Assembly (NCBI GenBank): GCA_030651965.1
Contig: JAUSBQ010000370.1
Span: 1-50,258, forward strand
Direction: 5' to 3'
Source: Pseudolabrys sp.
GTDB lineage: Bacteria; Pseudomonadota; Alphaproteobacteria; Rhizobiales; Xanthobacteraceae
DNA: 50,258 nt
This document shows, one piece after another, positions 17,470 to 26,815 of the stretch; position 1 is the stretch's first letter, and each line of letters opens with the position of its first letter. Position numbers and translations under genes: made by a program. Below the pieces are notes generated by a model. The model searched no databases. It had not been told where the DNA came from and saw only the letters and a program-made list of their open reading frames with translations.

Positions 17470-18474
17470 ATGAAGAAAATCGTTGCAATACTTGCGCTCG
17501 GCGCAGTCGCCCTCATGCCATTAACGGCACGGGCCGAAGTGAGTGAGTTGAGGGTCCCGCTCGGCGCCGGCGGCTTCGGCTTTCTGCCGCTGCACATGAT
17601 GAAGAAGTTTGAGCTGGTCGAGAAGGAAGCGGCCAAGGCCGGCATCAAGCTCACCGTCAACTATTCCAACATCGGCGGTCCCTCGGTGATGAACGACGCG
17701 CTGCTGTCGGGCTCCGCCGATTTCATCTCGGCCGGTCCGCCGGCGTTCCTGATTCTGTGGGACCGCACCAAGGGCAAAGGCGACGTCAAGGGCGTGGCCG
17801 CGATGAGCACGATGCCGATGTATCTGAACACGAGCGCCGAGCATCTCAAGAAACTCGACGACCTCAAGGAGGGCGACAAGATCGCCGTGACCGCGGTCAA
17901 GGTCTCGATCCCGGCGATCATCATGCAGATGTACGCCAAGGAGAAGGAAGGCAAAGATAAGACCTTCAGGTACGATCCCTTCACCGTCTCGATGACGCAT
18001 CCCGACGGCGTGGTCGCCATGCTTTCCGGCAACAAGCAAATCACAGCGCACTACACCTCGCCGCCGTTCGCCCAGCGCGAGCTAAAGGACAAGAACATCC
18101 GCGTCATCCAGACCACAAACGACGTGATGGGCGGCGCGCAAACCTTCACGATGATCTCGACCACGACCAAGTTCCACGATGCCAATCCGAAGGCCTACGC
18201 CGCGTTCGTCGCAGGGCTCAAGGAAGCCTTCGCCATGATCAAGAAAGACAAGAAGGCGGCGGCGCAGGTGCTGCTGGACTCGATGGGCGGCAAAGGCTGG
18301 ACCGTCGACGAACTCGTCGAAATCCTCGACAAGCCGGAAATCTACTACACCACCAAGCCGGAAGGCGTCATGAAGTACGCCACCTTCATGAACGAAATCG
18401 GTTCGCTGAAGAACAAGCCGGCCTCGCTCGACGATCTTTTCTTCGACGCGAAAAATCTCGGCGGCGGCAACTAA
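17470..18474 (+). CDS. ABC transporter substrate-binding protein (NitT/TauT/SsuA-like)
   Basis: Signal peptide, AGGAGG RBS, DALLSGSADF; first gene of an SBP-ATPase-permease set. Confidence 0.9.
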   Translation: MKKIVAILALGAVALMPLTARAEVSELRVPLGAGGFGFLPLHMMKKFELVEKEAAKAGIKLTVNYSNIGGPSVMNDALLSGSADFISAGPPAFLILWDRTKGKGDVKGVAAMSTMPMYLNTSAEHLKKLDDLKEGDKIAVTAVKVSIPAIIMQMYAKEKEGKDKTFRYDPFTVSMTHPDGVVAMLSGNKQITAHYTSPPFAQRELKDKNIRVIQTTNDVMGGAQTFTMISTTTKFHDANPKAYAAFVAGLKEAFAMIKKDKKAAAQVLLDSMGGKGWTVDELVEILDKPEIYYTTKPEGVMKYATFMNEIGSLKNKPASLDDLFFDAKNLGGGN

Positions 18475-18496
18475 GCCGGTTTCCGCTTGCACCGTT

Positions 18497-18532
18497 GGCC
18501 AGTGGCGGCGCTGCCGGGCGCCGCCACTGGCC
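18497..18532 (+). terminator. Perfect 15-bp stem-loop between the SBP and ATPase genes
   Basis: GGCCAGTGGCGGCGC / GCGCCGCCACTGGCC with a 6-nt loop. Confidence 0.7.
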
Positions 18533-18555
18533 CCTTAATTCGGAGCGATTGTAAA

Positions 18556-19344
18556 ATGAGCGTCGGCGCCAATCCGCTACTCGCCGTCAAAGGCGTTACT
18601 CTGCAATACCAGACCCGCGATCACCTGGTCACCGCGACCTACCGGGTCAGTTTTGATATCTACAAGTCCGATCGCTATGTGATCCTGGGCCCTTCCGGTT
18701 GCGGCAAGTCGACTTTGCTCAAGGCGGTCGGCGGCTTCATTCGGCCGGTCGAAGGCGAAATTCACCTCAACGATGTTTCGATCACCAAGCCGGGGCCCGA
18801 TCGCGTTCTGGTGTTCCAGGAATTCGACCAGTTGCTGCCTTGGAAGACCGTGAAGCAGAATATCGCCTTCGCGCTGACCGCCAGCGGTAAAATGAATGGC
18901 AAGGAAGCCGATCAACGCGCCCTGCACTACATCGACATGGTCGGCCTCACAAAATTCGCCGACAACTATCCGCATACGCTCTCCGGCGGCATGAAACAGC
19001 GCGTGGCCATTGCGCGCGGCATGGCGATGGAACCGGCGATCCTGTTGATGGACGAGCCCTTCGCGGCGCTCGACGCGCTGACGCGCGCCAAGATGCAGGA
19101 GGAGCTATTGCAATTATGGGAAGACACGAAATTCACCGTGCTCTTCGTCACCCATTCGATCACCGAAGCAGTGCGCGTCGGCAATCGCATCCTGCTGCTC
19201 AGCGCTCATCCAGGCCAGGTCAAAGGCGAGATAAACAGCACCGGCATCGACGACATCGGCGCGGACGGCAAGCTTTTGTCCGACCGCATCGAACATCTTC
19301 TGTTTGAACAACAGATTGCCGACAGGAGCACGACCCATGGCTGA
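18556..19344 (+). CDS. ABC transporter ATP-binding protein (TauB/SsuB-like)
   Basis: GPSGCGKST, LSGGMKQR, LLMDEPFAALD and FVTHS. Confidence 0.94.
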   Translation: MSVGANPLLAVKGVTLQYQTRDHLVTATYRVSFDIYKSDRYVILGPSGCGKSTLLKAVGGFIRPVEGEIHLNDVSITKPGPDRVLVFQEFDQLLPWKTVKQNIAFALTASGKMNGKEADQRALHYIDMVGLTKFADNYPHTLSGGMKQRVAIARGMAMEPAILLMDEPFAALDALTRAKMQEELLQLWEDTKFTVLFVTHSITEAVRVGNRILLLSAHPGQVKGEINSTGIDDIGADGKLLSDRIEHLLFEQQIADRSTTHG

Positions 19345-20212
19345 CGTTCACCCCCTTCCTCCCGCCCGGCCGGAAGTCATCTACCAGGTGAGCACGGCGG
19401 GTATCGGCGTCGTGCAACGGCCGCTTTCGCTCGGACAAAAGCTCGCCAGTCATGGCGGCCTGCGCAAGGTCGTCGTACTGATCGTGCTGGCGCTGATCTG
19501 GGAGGGCTATGGGCGCTGGCTTGCGAACGATCTTCTGTTTCCGACATTCAGCGCGACGCTCGTCGCCTTCTGGAATTCGTTTGTTACCGGTGAGCTCATC
19601 AAGGCGACGTGGTACTCGATGAAAGTTCTGTTTCAGGGCTACGCCGCCGGCCTAATTCTCGCCGGACTGTTGACGGCATTGGCCAGCGCCACCCGGGTCG
19701 GTGCCGACCTGCTCGAAGTCCTGACCGCGATGTTCAATCCGCTACCGTCGATCGCACTACTGCCGCTGGCGATGATCTGGTTCGGCCTCGGCAATGCCGG
19801 CATCATTTTCGTGCTGATCCATGCGGTCTTGTGGTCGGTGGCGCTGAACACTCATGCTGGATTTCGCGGCGTCAGCCCGACTTGGCGCATGGTCGGCCAG
19901 AATTACGGCCTGTCCAGCTTCGGCTACGTCACGCGCATTCTGATCCCGGGCGCGTTCCCGAGCATTCTGACCGGGCTCAAGATCGGCTGGGCTTTCGCCT
20001 GGCGCACCTTGATTGCCGCCGAGCTGGTGTTCGGTGCGAATTCCGGCGGCGGCGGTTTAGGCTGGTATATTTTTCAGAGCAAGAATTCGCTGGAAATCCC
20101 GTCGGTCTTCGCCGGTCTGCTGACGGTCATTCTGCTTGGGCTCGTAGTGGAGAATTTCATCTTCCTCACGGCGGAAAAGATGACCGTCCGGCGCTGGGGT
20201 ATGCAAACCTGA
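19337..20212 (+). CDS. ABC transporter permease (TauC/SsuC-like)
   Basis: PLPSIALLPL...WFG and LIAAEL motifs; AGGAG RBS before ATG 19337. Confidence 0.92.
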   Translation: MADVHPLPPARPEVIYQVSTAGIGVVQRPLSLGQKLASHGGLRKVVVLIVLALIWEGYGRWLANDLLFPTFSATLVAFWNSFVTGELIKATWYSMKVLFQGYAAGLILAGLLTALASATRVGADLLEVLTAMFNPLPSIALLPLAMIWFGLGNAGIIFVLIHAVLWSVALNTHAGFRGVSPTWRMVGQNYGLSSFGYVTRILIPGAFPSILTGLKIGWAFAWRTLIAAELVFGANSGGGGLGWYIFQSKNSLEIPSVFAGLLTVILLGLVVENFIFLTAEKMTVRRWGMQT

Positions 20213-20227
20213 TTCTTAGGGTATCGG

Positions 20228-21148
20228 CTAACGGGGGTGCCACAAGCCATCGCGCACGAGCTCGCGGACCTGAAGCGCCACCATCTTGGTGAGGACGCGC
20301 GTCGCCATGGTCATCGGCCGTTGGCTGGAGGTCGATAAGAGCAACTGCCGTGTAACGTGCGGCCGAACGATCGGAAAACACTTGATCCGTCCGGCCTTCA
20401 CCAGATGGTGAACCGTCGAATACGACAGGATGGTGTAGCCGATCCCCTGCTCGACCAGATTCAGCGTCGACGGCATGGCTTCGACTTCAAGCACGATATT
20501 CGGCACAATACCGGCCTTGCCGAGAACCTGATCGAGCAACAGGCGCAGCCCATGCGGGCGGCTCGGCAATATCATCGGGATTTCGGCAAACCGTTTCGCC
20601 GCCACCGGGCCGGGCGGCAGTTTCGAAGGATCCTTGGCGGCGCCCAAGAGAAACAGCTCGTCCTTCAGAAGCGGCTCGGACAGGACATTGCTCATGGCCG
20701 GTGCGTTATAGAGGACCGCCACGTCGATCTTGCCGGTCAGCAGCCATTCGAGCACATGACCGCTGAAGCCCTCGACCACGCGCATTGAAATCTGCGGATA
20801 GTCCTTGCGATATCTCTGAACCAGCGGGACCGTCAGCACCGAACCGACCGACGGCGGCATGCCGATGGCGACACTGCCGTGCGGGCTCGATTGAAGGGCG
20901 GCGATTTCCGACGTTGCCCGCGACGCGGATTCAAGAATGCCCTTGGCGTGCAGGTCGAGCATCTTGCCGGCCTCGGTCAAGACAATGCCGCGCCCGTTGC
21001 GGTAAAACAGCTTGACGCCCAGTTCCGTCTCCAGCGCCTTCACATAGCGGCTCAGCGCCGGCTGCGCGATCGACAGCGCGACCGCGGCGCGCGAAAAGCT
21101 GCCAAACTCGGCTGCGGCGGAAAATATCCTGAGCTGTTTGAGGTCCAT
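20228..21148 (-). CDS. LysR-family transcriptional regulator (Nac-like substrate-binding domain)
   Basis: GSFSRAAVALSIAQPALSRYVKALE and LTEAG; ILPSRPHGLR. Confidence 0.94.
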   Translation of the reverse strand: MDLKQLRIFSAAAEFGSFSRAAVALSIAQPALSRYVKALETELGVKLFYRNGRGIVLTEAGKMLDLHAKGILESASRATSEIAALQSSPHGSVAIGMPPSVGSVLTVPLVQRYRKDYPQISMRVVEGFSGHVLEWLLTGKIDVAVLYNAPAMSNVLSEPLLKDELFLLGAAKDPSKLPPGPVAAKRFAEIPMILPSRPHGLRLLLDQVLGKAGIVPNIVLEVEAMPSTLNLVEQGIGYTILSYSTVHHLVKAGRIKCFPIVRPHVTRQLLLSTSSQRPMTMATRVLTKMVALQVRELVRDGLWHPR

Positions 21149-22504
21149 CTATTGAATCCGGCGGACGCTGGTCGCAAGACGTGCGAGGCCGGAGACATCC
21201 GCGCTCTTGTCCAGCGCCCAGACTGCGTCGATCAACGGCCCAATATCATGACGCTCATTCCAGCCGGCAGCGGCCGCGCGCAATTTGTCTTCGAGGCCGC
21301 TATCGCTCATCGGGTTGACGTCGCTGCCGCGCGCGGCCAGCGTCGACAGAGCGTGCGTCTTGCCGTCGGCGGTCGTAATGTCGACGGCCGCGGCGATGGT
21401 CGAAAACGACGCATCGCGCACGACCTCGACCTTGCCGCGCAAAGCCGCGACTTTCGGGTCGTTGACGCAAGCATCGCTGAACTGCTCGAGCCCGGCCTTC
21501 CCGGTCACCAAGGCGGCGGCAACGGCATGTTGCACGCTGACCTGCGACAGACGGCCGGTGGCAACCTGCGGGCGATCGGTGCGGTCGGCCAGCAACGGAT
21601 GGCCACGGACGACGACGCGCACGACATCCGCATCAAGGTTGTCGTGCCGCCAGTCCAGTACGCAGTCGAGCACCGGATTGATGACGAAGCCGCATGGATA
21701 AGGCTTGTAGGCCGTATCCATGATCTGCCAGGTCTCGCCAAGGCCGCCGGTGACCTGCGACAGGTCGGGCGGCACGCCCATGGCGTTGTAGAAGCCCTGG
21801 ACGCCGTTGAGCGGCTCCGGCGGACCGTCGAAGCCTTTCTCGGCCAGCAGCACCGACCACAGGCCGTTGCGCGCCGCATTGCCGACACTGGCGCTCTTGG
21901 TCGCGGTGCCCAGGCATTCGCACAGGCCGGACGACTGCGTGGCCGCCGCGCCGAATGCCCAGACCAGCTTCTCCGGATCGAGGCCGAGCAGTTTGCCGCT
22001 GCCGGCCGCCGCCCCGAAGACTCCGCAGGTCGACGTGATGTGCCAACCTTGCGAATAATGCCGCGGCGAGATGGCAAGGCCGATGCGGGTCTCGATTTCA
22101 TTGCCGAGCACGAGGCCCAGCAGAAGCTCCGGCCCGCTGACCCGCCGCAGTTCCGACAGCGCCAGCAAGGCCGGCGCCACCGGCGCGGTCGGGTGGATGA
22201 CCGTGCGCACGTGGTTGTCGCAGAAGTCGAAGACGTTGGCGCCGGCAGCGTTGAGAAATGCCGCGCTCAGCGCGTCGATACGTTCGCTGCGACCGATGAT
22301 GGTCGCCTGCTTGCCGCCGGAAAAGTCCGTGAGCGATCGCAACGCGATTTCCACCGGCGCGGTGCGGCAGCCGACCAGCGCCACGGCGAAGAAATTCATA
22401 AACGACCGCTTGGCCTGATGCATGACCTGCGGCGGAATGGCGCCCACATCGGTGCCGGCGACGAATTGCGCCAGTTTCAGGGTTACGCCGGGTTCATGCG
22501 CCAT
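21149..22504 (-). CDS. MmgE/PrpD-family protein
   Basis: DFCDNH...HPT, GWHITST and YKPYPCG motifs. Confidence 0.9.
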   Translation of the reverse strand: MAHEPGVTLKLAQFVAGTDVGAIPPQVMHQAKRSFMNFFAVALVGCRTAPVEIALRSLTDFSGGKQATIIGRSERIDALSAAFLNAAGANVFDFCDNHVRTVIHPTAPVAPALLALSELRRVSGPELLLGLVLGNEIETRIGLAISPRHYSQGWHITSTCGVFGAAAGSGKLLGLDPEKLVWAFGAAATQSSGLCECLGTATKSASVGNAARNGLWSVLLAEKGFDGPPEPLNGVQGFYNAMGVPPDLSQVTGGLGETWQIMDTAYKPYPCGFVINPVLDCVLDWRHDNLDADVVRVVVRGHPLLADRTDRPQVATGRLSQVSVQHAVAAALVTGKAGLEQFSDACVNDPKVAALRGKVEVVRDASFSTIAAAVDITTADGKTHALSTLAARGSDVNPMSDSGLEDKLRAAAAGWNERHDIGPLIDAVWALDKSADVSGLARLATSVRRIQ

Positions 22505-22513
22505 CGCAGTCCT

Positions 22514-23161
22514 TTAGTATTTGACGAGGCTATCGGTCAGGGGCGCATTGCCGCCGATATGGCCGGCATAATCCTGCACGACCATTTCCAGTTCATCCGA
22601 GGCCACCGAACGGTTGACCAGACCCATCCGTAGCGCCTCGGCGGCGGTGAACTGCCGCGCGGTGAAGAAGATTTCCTTGGCGAAAGATGGTCCGACCAGG
22701 TCGACCAGTCTCTTGATGCCTTTGAAACCGTAGCCCAGACCGAGCTTGGCCGCCGGCACGCCGAATTTCGCAATGTCGGTACAGATGCGCATATCGCAGC
22801 ACAGCGCCAAAGCCATGCCGCCGCCGATGCAATAGCCGCGGATCATGGCGATGGTCGGTTTGGGGAATTCGGCGAAGGCGCCATAGGCGCGATCGACCAG
22901 CACGGCATAACGGTCGATCGCGTCCTTGGTGGCGCGATCCTTGTCGAATCTGGAAATGTCGGCGCCGGAAACGAAGGCCTTGCCGCCAGCGCCGGACACC
23001 ACCATCACGCGGACATCGGCATCCGCCTTGAAATCGGTGACCACGGCCTCGGCGGCCGCCCACATATCGAGCGACACGGCGTTGTGCCGTTCCGGATTGT
23101 TGAAGATCAGATGGCCGACGCCGTCTTCCTTGCGCGACAGTATCTTGTCCGTCGCGGCCAT
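22514..23161 (-). CDS. Enoyl-CoA hydratase/isomerase (crotonase) family protein, apparently C-terminally truncated
   Basis: AFVSGADI and CIGGG oxyanion motifs; only 215 aa and ends just after GNAPLT. Confidence 0.8.
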   Translation of the reverse strand: MAATDKILSRKEDGVGHLIFNNPERHNAVSLDMWAAAEAVVTDFKADADVRVMVVSGAGGKAFVSGADISRFDKDRATKDAIDRYAVLVDRAYGAFAEFPKPTIAMIRGYCIGGGMALALCCDMRICTDIAKFGVPAAKLGLGYGFKGIKRLVDLVGPSFAKEIFFTARQFTAAEALRMGLVNRSVASDELEMVVQDYAGHIGGNAPLTDSLVKY

Positions 23162-23164
23162 CGC

Positions 23165-24067
23165 CTAGCCCTTGCCCTTCACTTCGACGCCGGCCCATTT
23201 TTCGACGGTGCAGACGGTCCGCGTCAGATCGGCGCCGGCGCCCTCGCTTGCCTTGGTGATCGACAGCAATTGCTTGACCGCGTTGCCGACCATCATCGGC
23301 ACGCCGAGCGACTCTCCGTACTCGACCCCGAGCCTGACGTCCTTGTGCATCAGGCCGACGGCGAAGCCGAAATCGAACCGCCGGGTGAGGACGCAACGCG
23401 GGAATTTGTCCTCGGTCGCGGTGTTGCGGCCGCTGCCGGCGTTGATGACGGCGATCATGGTGTCGGCGTCGAGCCCGGCCTTGGCGCCCATCACCAGCGC
23501 TTCCGAGGTCATGGCGACCGCGCTCGCGGACAGCACGTTGTTGACGAGCTTCATCGCCTGCCCCATGCCGGCTTTTTCGCCGACCCAGAACACCTTGCCG
23601 ATGACATCGAGAATCGGACGCAAGGCCTCCTCCATCTTGCGCGGACCGGCGACCATCACGGCGAGCGTGCCCTTCTCCGCGCCTTTGGGACCGCCGCTGA
23701 CCGGCGCATCGATGGCGGCGATGCCCTTGGCGGCGAGCGCGGCGGCGACTTCCTGGGCGGTCACCGGCCCGGTGGTCGAAAGATCGATGAAGGCCTTGAC
23801 CTTGCTGCCGCCGATCACGCCCGTGTCCGACAAGGCGACCGACCGCACGATGTCCGGCGTGGGAAGGCTGGCGAGCACGATCTCCGCCGCCGACGCGACA
23901 GCGGCGGGCGTCTCGGCGCGTTTGGCGCCGCGCTGCACCAGACGCGCCACCGCGGTTTCATTGATATCGTAGACGGTGACGCCATAGCCGGCCTCTAACA
24001 GCCGGCCGGCCATGTGAATGCCCATCTGACCGACGCCGACGAAACCCAATTCCTGCTTCCCAGCCAT
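23165..24067 (-). CDS. NAD(P)-dependent beta-hydroxyacid dehydrogenase
   Basis: GFVGVGQMG, DAPVSGG, KLVNN and HKD motifs. Confidence 0.92.
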   Translation of the reverse strand: MAGKQELGFVGVGQMGIHMAGRLLEAGYGVTVYDINETAVARLVQRGAKRAETPAAVASAAEIVLASLPTPDIVRSVALSDTGVIGGSKVKAFIDLSTTGPVTAQEVAAALAAKGIAAIDAPVSGGPKGAEKGTLAVMVAGPRKMEEALRPILDVIGKVFWVGEKAGMGQAMKLVNNVLSASAVAMTSEALVMGAKAGLDADTMIAVINAGSGRNTATEDKFPRCVLTRRFDFGFAVGLMHKDVRLGVEYGESLGVPMMVGNAVKQLLSITKASEGAGADLTRTVCTVEKWAGVEVKGKG

Positions 24068-24109
24068 TTTCTGCTTCCTGTCATGTGACCTTGGTTGACG
24101 CGGCGACTG

Positions 24110-24535
24110 CTACTTCTTCTTAGCGGGCGTCGCGGAAACCTTGCCCATCTCCTTGAGAACTTCGTTGGCAATCTTGAACGCATCCAGGCCCGCCGGAATG
24201 CCGCAATAGATCGTGGCATGCAGAAGCGTTTCCTTGATCTCCTCGACGGTGACGCCGTTGTTGATCGCACCGCGGACGTGCAGCTTGATCTCAGGGCCGC
24301 GGTTGAGCGCGGTCAGCATCGCCAGGTTCAACAGGCTGCGGGTCTTGCGCGGCAGGCCTTCACGCGACCAGCCATAGCCCCAGCACCATTCCGTCGTGAT
24401 GTGCTGAAACGCCATCATGAATTCGTTGGCGGCATCGATCGAACCATCGACATACTCGGCGCCCAGCACTTCGCGGCGATGCTTGAGACCGACGTCGAAC
24501 ATCACATCGGAAGCCTGCTTCATCTTTTCGTCCAT
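24110..24535 (-). CDS. Carboxymuconolactone decarboxylase (CMD/AhpD fold) family protein
   Basis: RREVLG, WSREGLPRKTRS, HVRGAINNG and YCGIPA; ATG at 24535. Confidence 0.88.
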   Translation of the reverse strand: MDEKMKQASDVMFDVGLKHRREVLGAEYVDGSIDAANEFMMAFQHITTEWCWGYGWSREGLPRKTRSLLNLAMLTALNRGPEIKLHVRGAINNGVTVEEIKETLLHATIYCGIPAGLDAFKIANEVLKEMGKVSATPAKKK

Positions 24536-24654
24536 GATGAGACCCTTAGGATTGGAGAGATGGGATTGCGGTTGGAGTTGAGTTTTCGAAAGCGACCGGC
24601 GCGGGGTGCCGCTCCACGACAGAGGCGCGCCGATGCCGGAACCTTCAGAAGCGG

Positions 24655-24676
24655 ATTGTCTGATCGTAGTATCGTA
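24655..24676 (-). promoter_or_regulatory. Three 8-bp-period direct repeats (TACGAT-TACGAT-GACAAT); candidate GntR operator
   Basis: Plus strand reads ATTGTC TG ATCGTA GT ATCGTA, between the divergent CMD gene and the GntR. Confidence 0.55.
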
Positions 24677-24809
24677 TGTAGGATATTGGCGGTCAAGCGC
24701 CGGAGCCATGCGGCGGCGAATTGGTGGGGACGAAATCGCGCTATGCTGAAAGATCGATGCGCACGCGGTAACGTCAGTTCATGACCACGAACTCTGGAGG
24801 TACACGCCG

Positions 24810-25568
24810 TTGACCGTCCCGCTCGCCGCAAAGCCCAATTTCAGGGTTGAAAAGATCGCCGCGCCGTTGCGCCAGAGTGTCACCGAGAGCATTCGCTACG
24901 CCATCGCGTTGGGCCATTTCAACGGCGGCGACCGGCTCCCTGAACGAAGCCTGTGTGAGATGACCGGTGTCAGCCGCACGCTGGTGCGCGAGGCGCTGCG
25001 CCAGCTCGAGTCGGAAGGCCTGATCGAAGTCGTGCCCAATCGCGGCCCGGTTGTCGCCCGGCTAACCGCCGAGCAAGCCGAGGGCGTCTATCAGGTCCGC
25101 AGCGAACTGGAAGGGCTGGCCTGCCAGCTCTTTGCCGAACGCGCCTCGGAAGAACAGCGCGCGGCGCTCAACGACGCATTCAAGAAACTAAAAAAGTCCT
25201 TGAAGGACACCGACCCGCTCGCGCGCCTGCGGGCAAAGAACCACTTTTACGATTGCCTGATGGAAGGGTCCGGCAATCAAGCCTTGGGCGACAGTCTGAG
25301 ACTGCTCAATGCCCGCGTCATGCTGTTGCGCGCGACCTCGTTGCGCGCTCCCGGGCGCACGACCGCCAGCCTGACCGAACTCGCCGCCATGATGGAAGCT
25401 CTGGACGCCAGGAACGGCAAACGCGCGCGCGAACTGGCCGAGCACCATGTGCGCAATGCGGCAAAGGCCGCCATCGCCCTGATGGCTTCGCAACCGCTGC
25501 CGCATGCCGCCGTAAAGCCGCGACGCACGGCAAAGCCGTCCGGACCCGTCAATCGTCAGAACGTCTGA
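24810..25568 (+). CDS. GntR-family (FCD domain) transcriptional regulator
   Basis: ERSLCEMTGVSRTLVREALRQLE; TTG start after GGAGG. Confidence 0.92.
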   Translation: MTVPLAAKPNFRVEKIAAPLRQSVTESIRYAIALGHFNGGDRLPERSLCEMTGVSRTLVREALRQLESEGLIEVVPNRGPVVARLTAEQAEGVYQVRSELEGLACQLFAERASEEQRAALNDAFKKLKKSLKDTDPLARLRAKNHFYDCLMEGSGNQALGDSLRLLNARVMLLRATSLRAPGRTTASLTELAAMMEALDARNGKRARELAEHHVRNAAKAAIALMASQPLPHAAVKPRRTAKPSGPVNRQNV

Positions 25569-25597
25569 ACACAGCCGGCACCGGTTAGGCTGCCGGT

Positions 25598-26782
25598 CTA
25601 GTTTTGGCGCTCGAACACCGCGGCGATGCCCTGCCCACCTCCGATGCACATCGTGACCAATGCGTAGCGGCCGCCGGTGCGCGCCAATTCGTACATCGCC
25701 TTGACCGTAATGATCGCACCCGTCGCACCAACCGGATGGCCGAGCGAAATACCGCTTCCGTTCGGATTGACCTTGGCCGGATCGAAGCCGAGTTCGCGCG
25801 CCACGGCACAAGCCTGCGCGGCGAAAGCCTCATTGGACTCGATGGTATCGAACTGGTCCACCGTCATCCCGGCTTTCTTGAGCACCATCCGGGTTGCCGG
25901 TATCGGCCCGAGCCCCATGTACAAGGGCTCGACGCCGGCGTGAGCATAGGCCACTAGCCGCGCCATCGGCTTCAGTCCCAGACGCTTGACCGCGTCCGCA
26001 CTGGCCAGGACGACTGCCGCCGCGCCATCATTGATGCCGGAAGAATTGCCGGCCGTGACACTGCCGCCATCGCGTTTGAACACCGGCTTCAGGTGCTCGA
26101 AATCGCCACCGGACGCGCCAGACCGAACGTGTTCATCGGTGTCGAATATCGTCGGCCCTTTGCGGCTCTTCACGTCGATGCCGACAATCTGCTCTTTGAA
26201 GTATCCGGCCTTAATCGCGTACTCGGCACGCCGGTGGCTTTCGCAAGCCAGCGCGTCTTGATCGCCGCGGGAGATGCCGTTCTTTTCGGCAATGTTTTCC
26301 GCGGTCACACCCATGAGGACCCGGTCGAACGGGTCTCGCAGCGCGCCGTCGAGAACATCGACCATCGGCGCACTTCCCATTTTTGTTCCCCAGCGGATCG
26401 ACGGCGCCTGAAACGGCGAGCGGGACATGTTTTCGGCGCCGCCCGCCACCGCGACGTCACAATCGCCCAGGCGGATGCACTGCGCCGCGGAGATGATGGC
26501 TTGCAGCCCCGAACCGCATAACCGATTCACGGTCAAAGCCGGTGTTTCCACAGGAATGCCGGCATCCACCGCGGCGACACGCGCGATATAGCAATCGCGC
26601 GGTTCCGTGTGGATCACCTGTCCGAAGACGACGTGCCCGACTTCAGCCGGGGCGATGCCGGAACGCCGCAATGCTTCGCCCGTTACCTTGGCTGCCAGTT
26701 GACTAGGCGGCACGTCTTTGAGACTGCCGCCAAAGGTGCCGATCGCGGTGCGAACGGCCGACACGACATAGACTTCATTCAT
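25598..26782 (-). CDS. bktB: Acetyl-CoA C-acyltransferase (beta-ketothiolase, BktB-like)
   Basis: NRLCGSG, NEAF, GHPVGATG and CIGGGQG catalytic motifs. Confidence 0.9.
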   Translation of the reverse strand: MNEVYVVSAVRTAIGTFGGSLKDVPPSQLAAKVTGEALRRSGIAPAEVGHVVFGQVIHTEPRDCYIARVAAVDAGIPVETPALTVNRLCGSGLQAIISAAQCIRLGDCDVAVAGGAENMSRSPFQAPSIRWGTKMGSAPMVDVLDGALRDPFDRVLMGVTAENIAEKNGISRGDQDALACESHRRAEYAIKAGYFKEQIVGIDVKSRKGPTIFDTDEHVRSGASGGDFEHLKPVFKRDGGSVTAGNSSGINDGAAAVVLASADAVKRLGLKPMARLVAYAHAGVEPLYMGLGPIPATRMVLKKAGMTVDQFDTIESNEAFAAQACAVARELGFDPAKVNPNGSGISLGHPVGATGAIITVKAMYELARTGGRYALVTMCIGGGQGIAAVFERQN

Positions 26783-26815
26783 TTTGAAAGTCTCCAGAAA
26801 GAGGCTGCGGCGAAT

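Noticed and set aside
20879-22633. 584-aa plus-strand ORF
   Set aside because: Antisense to the LysR, MmgE/PrpD and crotonase genes; no recognisable domain
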